Of a stretch of 43,821 nucleotides of DNA, positions 26,456 to 34,446 are shown piece by piece. The stretch comes from a virus (Duplodnaviria; Caudoviricetes): positions 1 to 43,821 of the IMG/VR virus record IMGVR_UViG_3300010398_000006; one strand, given 5' to 3'. Positions within the stretch are counted from its first letter, which is position 1. Every line of letters starts with the position of its first letter. The position numbers were made by a program, and so were the translations under genes. The notes beneath the pieces were generated by a model. It had not been told where the DNA came from. It saw only the letters and a list, made by a program, of their open reading frames with translations, and made no database searches.

Positions 26456-27069
26456 CGCAGCGCCTCCAAACCGGGGGCGTTGCGGCGGAGCGACCGCAGA
26501 GCGCGGTACAGCATGGCCTTGATCGCCCCCTCCTGCTTGCCCATCAGGCGGGCGGTCTCCTCAGTGGACAGTTGATCGAAGTAACGCAGCTGCACCACCA
26601 TCCGCTGCTCCGCGGACAGCGTCTCCACCGCCGCGCGCACAACCTGGGCCACATGCTGGCGTTCGGCGAGCTCGGCCGGGCCCAGGTCCTCGTCCGGTTC
26701 GCCCTCGGCGTCTGGGTCATCCAGGCGTGTGAGGAGCTCGAGCCGGTACCGGCCGGACTTGAAGTGGTCGGCGACCAGGTTGCGGGCGATGGTGACGAAC
26801 CAGGCCCCGATGTCGCGGCCCTGCCATGTCACGGTGCCGATCCGGCGCAGGCCGCGCAGGAAGACCTCGGCGGTCAGGTCCTCGGCCACCGCGCGGTTGC
26901 GCAGGACGCGGTGGTACACGAACCGGAACACCGTGTCGTAGTACCGGGTGTGCAGCTGCGCGAACGCATCCGCATCACCGGCCTGGGCGGCCTCCACAAT
27001 GGACCACTCAGCCGCGGCCGCCGCCCCCGCAGCGGGGCGGGCGGGCGGCTCGGCCAGAACCGCGGTCAT
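26452..27069 (-). CDS. bldN: ECF sigma factor, sigma-BldN/AdsA-like
   Basis: AQAGDADAF, AEDLTAEVFLRGLRRIGTVTWQGRDIGAWFVTIARNLVADHFKS and MGKQEGAIKA match recalled BldN signatures. Confidence 0.85.
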   Translation of the reverse strand: MTAVLAEPPARPAAGAAAAAEWSIVEAAQAGDADAFAQLHTRYYDTVFRFVYHRVLRNRAVAEDLTAEVFLRGLRRIGTVTWQGRDIGAWFVTIARNLVADHFKSGRYRLELLTRLDDPDAEGEPDEDLGPAELAERQHVAQVVRAAVETLSAEQRMVVQLRYFDQLSTEETARLMGKQEGAIKAMLYRALRSLRRNAPGLEALR

Positions 27070-27422
27070 GCCAGCACCTCCGCCGGCAGTACCGGGTCGT
27101 CCGGGCTCAGGATCGCCGCAGTGACCTTGGCTGCAAGGGCAACATGGCCCGGCGACACGTCCTTGACCCAGCACTCAACAACCAGCCGCCGGCTGCCAAG
27201 GTTGCCGCCGGTCCATTCGTGCAGGACGCGGCTGTCGTGCCGGAACGGCTCGTCGGTCCTCAATTGGAAGTGCTCAGCCCAGCGTGCGGCGTCGCCCATC
27301 GCGGCGAACTCGAGTCGAAGCGTGTGCTCGCGGATGGCCTGGGTCATCGGGGCGGGGAGACCGTCCCGGGCGATCAGGAGCGCGAGCTCGAGGTAGGTCT
27401 GGCGTGGGCTCATGGCGGTCAC
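27066..27422 (-). CDS. Hypothetical protein
   Basis: Coupled at both ends. Confidence 0.6.
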   Translation of the reverse strand: MTAMSPRQTYLELALLIARDGLPAPMTQAIREHTLRLEFAAMGDAARWAEHFQLRTDEPFRHDSRVLHEWTGGNLGSRRLVVECWVKDVSPGHVALAAKVTAAILSPDDPVLPAEVLA

Positions 27423-27811
27423 CGGCCGGCCATGTGGCGGATGACGTCGAGGAAGTGGCGGGTGTTGGCCGTACCCAGCGAGGCGAGTTCCGTGGGCAGG
27501 TTGATCCGCACGGCGTGGTCGCCCATGGAGCAGGCCAGGGCGAGCAGCCCGCGCTCCTCGCGCGACAGCGGCAGGCTGTACCGCTCCTCGAACAGCATCT
27601 GCCAGTTGACGTCGGCCGTCTTCGGGCCGTGCTCGACCATGTACCGGGTCCGGATGTCGGCCCGGTGGAACAGCCGGCCTTCGTAGAACAGCAGGCTCAG
27701 CCCGGCCTCGACCTCGCGGCGACCGTCCGCGCCGTCGAGCAGCGCCTCGGCGAGCTTCTCAACCTCATCCGGCCAGGTTCGGGTTGGGGGAAGTAGCATG
27801 TGCTCGAGCAC
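27419..27811 (-). CDS. Hypothetical protein
   Basis: AAAGGA RBS before GTG at 27811. Confidence 0.65.
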   Translation of the reverse strand: MLEHMLLPPTRTWPDEVEKLAEALLDGADGRREVEAGLSLLFYEGRLFHRADIRTRYMVEHGPKTADVNWQMLFEERYSLPLSREERGLLALACSMGDHAVRINLPTELASLGTANTRHFLDVIRHMAGR

Positions 27812-27951
27812 CGTGGTGTCCTTTCGTCGTCTCGGTGGTCCTCGCCCCGGCCGCTGCAACGGTCCGGGGCGCTCCCCTATCTGGGGCTTCTGGCCGGCTG
27901 GTCGCGCTGGCCAGATCGTGGTTTGGTGAACTCGGCGCGACCAGCCGGTGT

Positions 27952-28230
27952 TCAGGCGACCCCCCGCTGGCGGGCCCTCGCCGAGGCCAGGGCCATCGCC
28001 CTCATGTGCGCCTTCTTGAGCCGCTCGACGGCGGCGGCCAGCTCGTCCGGCGGCAGGGTGCCGTCCGGGTCGGCCTTGGCCTCCCATGCCGCCCGGCGTG
28101 CGGCCCGCGCCGGGGCGGTCGCCGCCTGCCGGGCCTCCTGGCTGGTGACCCGGGACCACCTGTGCAGCGACCCGATGCCGGCGGCGAGGGACCGCTGGGC
28201 TGGCGAGAGGTTCGCGAACCCGCGGGCCAT
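27952..28230 (-). CDS. Basic early protein downstream of cro
   Basis: TAPARAA...DPDGTLPPDE...KAHMRAMALAS, a pattern recalled from actinophage early regions. Confidence 0.7.
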   Translation of the reverse strand: MARGFANLSPAQRSLAAGIGSLHRWSRVTSQEARQAATAPARAARRAAWEAKADPDGTLPPDELAAAVERLKKAHMRAMALASARARQRGVA

Positions 28231-28481
28231 CAGGCGGCCCTGCCGGGCATGAGGTCGGCCGGCTCGCAGCCGAGGGCGGCGGCGAGTCGGGCGAGCGCGT
28301 GGGGGGACGGGTTGCGGGTGCCCTTCTCCAGCTCGCACAGGTGTCCCGAGCTGAGGTTTGTCTTCGCTGCCAACGCCGCCAAGGTCAGCCCGGCCTCGAT
28401 GCGGCGGCGCCGCAGCCGCCTCGGGTCGTGATCCAGGGGCGTTCTCGCTGCTTGCGCCCGCCGGCTCGTGGTCCCTGGCAT
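28230..28481 (-). CDS. Cro-like XRE repressor
   Basis: LRRRRIEAGLTLAALAAKTNLSSGHLCELEKGTRNPS; divergent from the repressor; TACGTT 7 nt before ATG. Confidence 0.85.
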   Translation of the reverse strand: MPGTTSRRAQAARTPLDHDPRRLRRRRIEAGLTLAALAAKTNLSSGHLCELEKGTRNPSPHALARLAAALGCEPADLMPGRAA

Positions 28482-28622
28482 GCGCAGAAACGTACGCTTC
28501 TTCGCAACGCTTCGCAAGTCTTCGCGCGAAGATCCGCGAAGATGAGGGACCTGAATCACGCCTCAGTAAACATTCACCTGTGCCGTTGCGAAACTCTGCG
28601 AAATGGTGCGTACGCTGCACCT
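28482..28622. promoter_or_regulatory. Lysis/lysogeny switch with divergent leaderless promoters and TTCGC/GCGAA operator repeats
   Basis: -10-like hexamers 6-7 nt before both ATGs; repeats at 28501, 28511, 28521 and 28587, 28597; palindrome 28519-28532. Confidence 0.7.
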
Positions 28623-29114
28623 ATGGCGGACCGGGCCCTGACTCCTCTGGGCGAACTGCTCGAGGAGGCACGGAAGACCGTGCTACACCTCTCGGCCCGC
28701 GAGGCCGCCCGCCGGGCCGGCGTGTCCGAAAGCCGCTGGCGTCAGGTCGTCACCGGCGTCCAGACCAAGGCCGGCGCAACCGTGCCGGTGCGGCCCACCG
28801 CGCGCACCGTGGTCGCCATGGCGTTGGCCGTCCAAGTGGACCCGGCCATCGCGCTCGACAAGGCCGGACTGGCCGTCAGCGATACCGGCCTGGCCGCGAT
28901 GCTGGCCAGCAACCGGGCCACCCCGGGCAGCTACCCGAGCGCACCCGGCGACCGGCCCGAGCTGCAGGCCGAGATCCAACGCATCCAGGACCTGCGCCTG
29001 CCCGCGGCCACGAGGCTGGCCATGCTGCGCGCGCTCATCACCCTGCACGCCGAGGTCGAGGAAGAACAGGAACGCCGCGACGAAGGCCGCGGGTTCGAAC
29101 AAGCGGCCGGCTAA
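28623..29114 (+). CDS. Immunity repressor (CI-like XRE)
   Basis: LSAREAARRAGVSESRWRQVVTG HTH; next to attP and integrase; TACGCT 6 nt before ATG. Confidence 0.8.
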   Translation: MADRALTPLGELLEEARKTVLHLSAREAARRAGVSESRWRQVVTGVQTKAGATVPVRPTARTVVAMALAVQVDPAIALDKAGLAVSDTGLAAMLASNRATPGSYPSAPGDRPELQAEIQRIQDLRLPAATRLAMLRALITLHAEVEEEQERRDEGRGFEQAAG

Positions 29115-29223
29115 GCCGCCGGGACCTGGCCGGACGCGGAAGTAACCGCTTATCGATTTCATGGATGGAGGGATCTTGCTCACCTGCTGCGTGAACGGCC
29201 CAATCGAACAACGCTCAGCCCTC

Positions 29224-29271
29224 CCCGCCTTACAAGCGGGGGGTCGCTGGTTCGAACCCAGCCGTGCCCAC
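29224..29271 (+). other. attP core: 3' half of tRNA-Val(TAC)
   Basis: Anticodon arm CCCGC-CTTACAA-GCGGG, T-arm GCTGG-TTCGAAC-CCAGC, acceptor 3' strand CGTGCCC-A; no 5' half. Confidence 0.85.
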
Positions 29272-29401
29272 AGAACCAACCTGACCAGCGTAAACAACGG
29301 TGTGGCGGTCCGGAACCCGTACCGAACAGAGCACACGGACCAACCGCTGAGCGCCCTCCGCCCGATGGTCGACACCCTCGTCCTGAGTGGAGGGTGAGCG
29401 G

Positions 29402-30334
29402 ATGCCACGCCAACCCCGTCCCCCGGTGCCCGACCATCTGGTCGCGATGATCGACTCGTTCGAGCTCCACCTGCGCGCCCTACCGTCCAGCGACAAGACC
29501 GTCACCACCTACACCGACGCCGTGCGGTGGCTGGCCGGCAGCTTGCCGCCGGACATCAAGGGCTGGTCCAGGGTCACCCACGTGCACCTGCGCGCGTTCT
29601 TCGCCGAGCTCGGCGGCCGCGGCTACGCCAAGGGGTACGTCAACAACATCGGCCGCGCGCTGCAGGCCTTCGACAAGTGGTACGCGGCCGAGGAGGGCCG
29701 GCCGCGGCTGTTCGGCGAGAAGCTGAAGGTGCCCTCCCCGCCCAAGCCCGGGGACCGGCCACCGCCTGTCGTCGCGGTAGAGCAGCTGGCCACGCTCATC
29801 CGGGACGCGGAGAAGGGCCGGTCGTTCGAGGACCGGCGCGACGCGGCGCTGCTGCGCCTGTTCGCCTGCACCGGATGCCGGCTGGCCGAACTGGCCAACG
29901 TCGCGGTGGACGACCTGGGCGACCTCGCCAAGCGTGAGCTCACCGTGACCGGCAAGGCCGGCAAGGTGCGCACCGTGAAGTACGACCACAAGGCTGCCCG
30001 CGCCCTCGACCGGTACATGCGCTCCCGCGCCGAGCACCGGCACGCCTACCTGAGCGCGCTGTGGATCGGCGTACGCCGGGCGCAGGGCATGACGACCAGC
30101 GGCGTGTATCAGATCGTGGAGCGGCGCGGCCGCCGCCTCGGTCTGCAGCTGCACCCGCACCTGTTCCGGCATACCTTCGTCGACCGGTGGTTGGACGCCG
30201 GCGGGGCGGAGGGGGACCTGATGGAGCTGATGGGGTGGGACTCGCCGCAGATGCTGCGCTGGTATGGCCGGTCGGCGAAGGCTGCCCGGGCCCGCCGTGC
30301 GTATGACCGGGTGGACGTGATGGGAGGCGTCTGA
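29402..30334 (+). CDS. int: Tyrosine integrase
   Basis: TGCRLAE (R), TGKAGK (K), HPHLFRH, MGW, RWYG (Y). Confidence 0.95.
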   Translation: MPRQPRPPVPDHLVAMIDSFELHLRALPSSDKTVTTYTDAVRWLAGSLPPDIKGWSRVTHVHLRAFFAELGGRGYAKGYVNNIGRALQAFDKWYAAEEGRPRLFGEKLKVPSPPKPGDRPPPVVAVEQLATLIRDAEKGRSFEDRRDAALLRLFACTGCRLAELANVAVDDLGDLAKRELTVTGKAGKVRTVKYDHKAARALDRYMRSRAEHRHAYLSALWIGVRRAQGMTTSGVYQIVERRGRRLGLQLHPHLFRHTFVDRWLDAGGAEGDLMELMGWDSPQMLRWYGRSAKAARARRAYDRVDVMGGV

Positions 30335-30379
30335 CCCCGGCGGGCCGGCGTGAGCCCTTGCGCCGGCCCGGGTCCGGTT

Positions 30380-30745
30380 TTACGGCTTCGTGGCGTCAAC
30401 GACGACCAGGCGGCCGCCGGGGCGGCTGGTGGCGGCGGTGATGCCTTCGGCGTATCCGCGGGCGTGGGCGTCGGCGGCCTCAGCGCGGATGGTTTCGACA
30501 GCGCGGTCCACGGTGTCGGTGATGCGTCGGATGGCCCAGTCGGCAACTGCCACCCCGGTCAGGGTGGTGAGGCCGGCCAGGGCCACGTTGAAGAAGGGCA
30601 GCTCGTAGGGATGGCCGCCCTGCCCGATGGACATCACGTCGACGGCGAGCAGTGCTGGCCAGCCGATGATCGCGAGCCCTTGGCAGAGCGGGACGAGCAG
30701 CGCGACCACGAGCTTCGCGCCATTGCGGTTGTTCACGGTGGTCAC
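30380..30745 (-). CDS. Two-TM membrane protein
   Basis: Two hydrophobic segments; GC-biased third codon positions. Confidence 0.65.
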   Translation of the reverse strand: MTTVNNRNGAKLVVALLVPLCQGLAIIGWPALLAVDVMSIGQGGHPYELPFFNVALAGLTTLTGVAVADWAIRRITDTVDRAVETIRAEAADAHARGYAEGITAATSRPGGRLVVVDATKP

Positions 30746-31032
30746 CTACCTGGGTGGGGTGTGTTTGAGGGACTGAGGCGCCGGAAGACACCCGTTGTAC
30801 ACGCAACGGTCGCTGTGCGCAGTCCTAGGCGACCGGCCCATCCGATGCGGTGCTTACGGCCAGTTGTGTCTGACCATTACCGGGCGTAAGGTGTGGCGCT
30901 TCTGCCCACAGCGGCTTCCTAGGTGGCCCATTTCGGGCATGAGTTTTGGTCAACTTCTGGACCTGGTCCAGTCAGTGGAAAAGGTCGACTGACTGGCCAC
31001 TCAGGAATGCCCGAACGTCTCATGATCGTCGA

Positions 31033-31470
31033 TCATGAAAAGCGGAGCGTCACCTCATCCCCCGCGATCACTTCCATCCGCCCAGATGGATCGGTCAGCA
31101 CGATCATCGGCACACCCTCGTCCAGATCATGCTCGCGCCGCTCCTCCGGCGTCGGCATCTTCACCACCACCGACGACCCACGCGGCACCCTCACCGGCCG
31201 CCGATCAGGCTGCTGGCGCACCCTCGTACCGTACGGCGCCCGCGTGATCAGGAGTCCCTCACCGCGCAGAATCGTCAACGCCGCCCGTACCGAGTCCCTG
31301 CCGATGCCGTACTCCTGCGCCAGGCGGTGCTCGGCCGGCAACCGGTCGCCCGGGCGCAGCTGCCCAGCCGCGATGCGGGCACGCAGCAGGTCCGCGAGCT
31401 GGCGGTGGACGGGCCGGTCCGCGCGCGGGTCGATCACGGTCAGGAAGCGTAGGAACGCCGGTGGCAACAT
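31033..31470 (-). CDS. GntR-family regulator
   Basis: HRQLADLLRARIAAGQLRPGDRLPAE...GTRV. Confidence 0.85.
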   Translation of the reverse strand: MLPPAFLRFLTVIDPRADRPVHRQLADLLRARIAAGQLRPGDRLPAEHRLAQEYGIGRDSVRAALTILRGEGLLITRAPYGTRVRQQPDRRPVRVPRGSSVVVKMPTPEERREHDLDEGVPMIVLTDPSGRMEVIAGDEVTLRFS

Positions 31471-31495
31471 CTGACTGTGGCACTGTTGCTACAGT

Positions 31496-31759
31496 TCACC
31501 CCTGACGCACGAACACCCCGACACCCTGAACCCCTTCGACCAGGCCGCGGTCGTGCAACAATCCCATCGCCCGGACCACGGTCGACCGGCTCGAGGAGTA
31601 CAGCTCGACTAGGCGGGTGACCGAGGGCAGCTTCTGCCCCGGCCGATACCCGTCCTCGCGCGCGGCGATGCGGGCGGCCAGGTCGTCGGCGATGGCCAGA
31701 TACGACATGTGCTCAGGCGGCAAGGCGGCTCTCCCAGGTTGGCTCACCAAGTGAGCCAT
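31496..31759 (-). CDS. Stand-alone GntR wHTH
   Basis: YLAIADDL...PGQKLPS...GVGVFV; GGAGG RBS. Confidence 0.8.
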   Translation of the reverse strand: MAHLVSQPGRAALPPEHMSYLAIADDLAARIAAREDGYRPGQKLPSVTRLVELYSSSRSTVVRAMGLLHDRGLVEGVQGVGVFVRQG

Positions 31760-31787
31760 GGCCACCACCTCCTCCGCAAGACCATCA

Positions 31788-31817
31788 TTGACTATGCTCA
31801 CTATGCTCACATAGTCT
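31788..31817 (+). promoter_or_regulatory. Putative promoter TTGACT-N18-TAGTCT overlapped by tandem ACTATGCTC repeats
   Basis: Repeats at 31791 and 31800; divergent from GntR. Confidence 0.5.
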
Positions 31818-32158
31818 ATGCCGAGCCGGGGCGGCTCCAGGTTGGCGCCGGGCGGCCCGCCCCGGTCCATGCACGCCGGCCACGGTGCCCTGTAGGGCGG
31901 GACCACCGCGGCCGGTCCGGGGCGGGAAAGCGGCCATCGGCCGATGGGCTTAAGACCCGCCCGCCCCACCTCGAGTAGCTCCGGCGGTTCGTGAACTGCG
32001 GCCGGGTGGGCGGTGCCTGTATGAGATGCAGGGCCGCGCCGCAGGGTATCCGAGCCGTTGGAGGCACCGCCGGCCGGGTCAGGCCCCCGCAAGGTTGGCC
32101 CGGCCGGCGGATCGACAAACCTCCACCAACGAGCACGATGGGGCCCATGGAGGCCAAG

Positions 32159-32452
32159 ATGACCGACACCGCCATCGATCTCAACCGGCCGCTCCGGCGA
32201 CCTGGCCTGTGGCGGGCGCCGCGGCCCAGCTGGGCCATGTTCGCGGCCGCGGTCGCCCTGGCAGGCCTCACCGGCGGCCTGGTTGCCAGCGCCGCCGTGC
32301 AGGCGTCCACGCCGGCTCCTGCCCCGGTTCCCGGTGTGGCCCCGGTGATCCTTCAGGCGCCGGCGACCGGACACGCAGAGTGCCAGGTGGTCGTTGACGA
32401 TGGCCGGGTGTCGTGGAGCTACTGCCGCCACGGGGCGGCCGCGAGCAGCTGA
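32159..32452 (+). CDS. Small membrane/secreted protein
   Basis: GGAGG RBS; hydrophobic helix; two C-terminal Cys. Confidence 0.55.
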   Translation: MTDTAIDLNRPLRRPGLWRAPRPSWAMFAAAVALAGLTGGLVASAAVQASTPAPAPVPGVAPVILQAPATGHAECQVVVDDGRVSWSYCRHGAAASS

Positions 32453-32454
32453 GC

Positions 32455-32676
32455 TCAGTGCAGGTCGGTGCGGGCGCCTTGGCCTGGCCGGCTCGCCATC
32501 CACCTGTCCAGGGTGGTCTTCTTCCAGACTGGTAGGGCGTGGCCGCCGCTGATCTCTCGGCGGTCGGGTGCTGGGGCTTGGCCTCGTTTGACGTAGGGCC
32601 GCCAGGTGTTGACGTTGACGCCGACGTAGGCGGCGGCAGCTTCGTTGCCGATGAGCTCGTCGACGCGCTGGGCCAT
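32455..32676 (-). CDS. AlpA/MerR-like HTH regulator
   Basis: AAAYVGVNVNTWRPYVKRGQAPAPD...PVWKKTTLDRW...RPGQGARTDL. Confidence 0.75.
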   Translation of the reverse strand: MAQRVDELIGNEAAAAYVGVNVNTWRPYVKRGQAPAPDRREISGGHALPVWKKTTLDRWMASRPGQGARTDLH

Positions 32677-32690
32677 GGGGCGGACGGTAG

Positions 32691-32781
32691 CACCGCGCGT
32701 TGCCCCACCTCGCAACGCGCGGTGTGATGTATCTCACATTGCTTAGTGGAACGCGACACATGGCAACGCGCGTTGTATAGT
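32691..32781. promoter_or_regulatory. Divergent promoter region with CAACGCGCG operators; + strand promoter GCGACA-N17-TATAGT
   Basis: Perfect 13-bp inverted repeat 32691-32703/32712-32724; palindrome CAACGCGCGTTG 32764-32775; -10 at 32776-32781. Confidence 0.7.
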
Positions 32782-32787
32782 TAGAGG

Positions 32788-33595
32788 CACAACACCACAG
32801 GAGAAGCGCCCACACCAAGGCCGACTGAAGACGCAACCGCGTGCAGGGAGCTGGGCCGGGATCGCAGCGGACGCCGAGAGGTGCCAGGGAAAAGCGACCG
32901 GGAGACGTGAAACAGGGGACACCCATCCACCACACAGCAACACCAGCAAGGAACCGCCCCGGCTCGGTCGCTGCCCCCACGGCAGCGCCACGGGGCCAAG
33001 GCTTCGGCAGCAGGTGCAGCCGATCGAAACTTCAACCGTGCGACAGGCACGTATCGGGGCCACGCCCCACGGAGGGAAAGCGGAGCGGGTCCGAGTCCCG
33101 CCGAAGCCACGCAGCAATGCCGGCCTAGCCGCTGAGCCGTGATCAGCGCCCAGGAAGGCCGGGGTAACGGGCCGAACTCGACGCCGGAGGGTGCGGGCGA
33201 GGCAAGGCACGGCGTGGAAGGTGTCTACCGATTCCGGGGCAGCCGAGTCGGAGCGGTATCCGAGATCGCCCGGCCGGGAGCGCATCCCGGCACCTACCCG
33301 AGAGCACTGGCAGTGCAGCAGATCCAGCCGCAGGGACAGCACAACAGAGCCCGCCGGCAGTGACGCAGGGCCGGTCCGATTCCGGCCTCGGGCACACGGC
33401 CTCCTGCTGAGCCGCTAATCAGCAGGCGGGACAAGGCCGATCCAACCGGAGAACGGATCGCCGCTGCCGCCGTCGTGAGTACCAGAGCGGATCCAATGAC
33501 AGGCCACGACCTTGGGAGGGGTAGGGCGTGGCGCCCACCATACCGATCCGGCGACCGCGGGGGCCGCCGTTGAGCGACGGTGGTTACCACCCCAG
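32788..33595 (+). ncRNA. Putative long structured RNA containing tRNA-like elements (33000-33109, 33217-33297, 33296-33394)
   Basis: No credible ORF; acceptor-stem plus T-arm geometry; duplicated two-stem motif; many hairpins. Confidence 0.6.
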
Positions 33596-33603
33596 GAGGG
33601 GTC

Positions 33604-34230
33604 ATGAACCGCAACGCTTCATGGCGACAGATCGTGGCTGTCGCCAACTTCTCGACCGGCGGTGCGACCTTCACCATGGCAGTGGCCATGGGGACGTCGT
33701 ACATGACGCAGGTCGGTCTTTTCCTGGCTCACGCCGTGGGCTGGGCGTCGTGGGCGGTGCCAGCCACCATCGACGTGCTCGCTCTGATGAGCAACCTGGC
33801 CTTGGGGTTGCCCCGCCGAGACGGCTTCGGACGCAAGGGATTGTGGTTCATCCTGATCGTCACGCTGTCGGTCTCGATGGTGCTCAACTTCATGGCCGGC
33901 GAGAACTTCATCGCGAGCACGGCGCATGTGTGGGTGGTCGCCGCGTACCTCGCCGCAGAGTACGTGCGTGGATGGGTGAAGGCCTACCGGGCCGCACTGG
34001 AAGACGAGATCGAGGAGAAGACCACGACGGTGACGGAGCCGGCCATTCCGTCCACTGTGGAGGAAATGGCCACCCTTCCTGAGGCGCCGGTATCCCCGGC
34101 CGTTTCGGTGAAGGTGCCCGAGCCGCCGGCGGCAGCACCGGCCATTTCGGGTAAGCCGCGCGGCGAGTACGGCCCCCGTGGGGACCAGTACTCCGAGCGT
34201 CACGACCGGCGCAGGCGCACCGGGAAATGA
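33604..34230 (+). CDS. Multi-pass membrane protein (DUF2637-like)
   Basis: AGGAGG RBS; SWAVPATIDVLA and SMVLN motifs; 4 hydrophobic segments; basic C-terminal tail. Confidence 0.7.
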   Translation: MNRNASWRQIVAVANFSTGGATFTMAVAMGTSYMTQVGLFLAHAVGWASWAVPATIDVLALMSNLALGLPRRDGFGRKGLWFILIVTLSVSMVLNFMAGENFIASTAHVWVVAAYLAAEYVRGWVKAYRAALEDEIEEKTTTVTEPAIPSTVEEMATLPEAPVSPAVSVKVPEPPAAAPAISGKPRGEYGPRGDQYSERHDRRRRTGK

Positions 34231-34280
34231 CCGACCTGGCACCGAACGGACCAGGTAACCGCTCGGTAGTATGACGAAGG

Positions 34281-34322
34281 AGCCCCGACCCTGTTACCTG
34301 GCAGGGTCGGGGCTTTCTTTTT
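34281..34322 (+). terminator. Intrinsic terminator
   Basis: 13-bp stem AGCCCCGACCCTG/CAGGGTCGGGGCT followed by a T-tract. Confidence 0.85.
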
Positions 34323-34385
34323 GCCCGCGATCAGCGTCTACTGTGGACAATGGAATGGCCGAATGGCCGCGCGCCACGCGACGAC

Positions 34386-34436
34386 AAAATGGCCCCGGCC
34401 GACCCTCCACATCGGAGGGTCCGCCGGGGCCATTTC
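34386..34436 (-). terminator. Intrinsic (possibly bidirectional) terminator ending the late operon
   Basis: AAATGGCCCCGGC...GCCGGGGCCATTT stem just past the stop at 34447. Confidence 0.75.
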
Positions 34437-34446
34437 GCTTTTGGGG

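Noticed and set aside
29190-29271. Complete phage tRNA-Val
   Set aside because: No 5' acceptor strand (GGGCACG) or D-arm upstream; it is an attP core
32825-32915. Hammerhead ribozyme (CTGAAGA ... GAAAC)
   Set aside because: Stem II does not close directly onto GAAA, and I could not build stems I and III
33000-33440. Canonical tRNA genes, CRISPR array or group II intron
   Set aside because: No 7-nt anticodon loop on a 5-bp stem and no CCA; no identical repeats with regular spacers and no cas genes; no domain V or reverse transcriptase
32743-33704. ORF-track calls across the putative ncRNA
   Set aside because: Mutually overlapping, no clear RBS and no recognisable protein features
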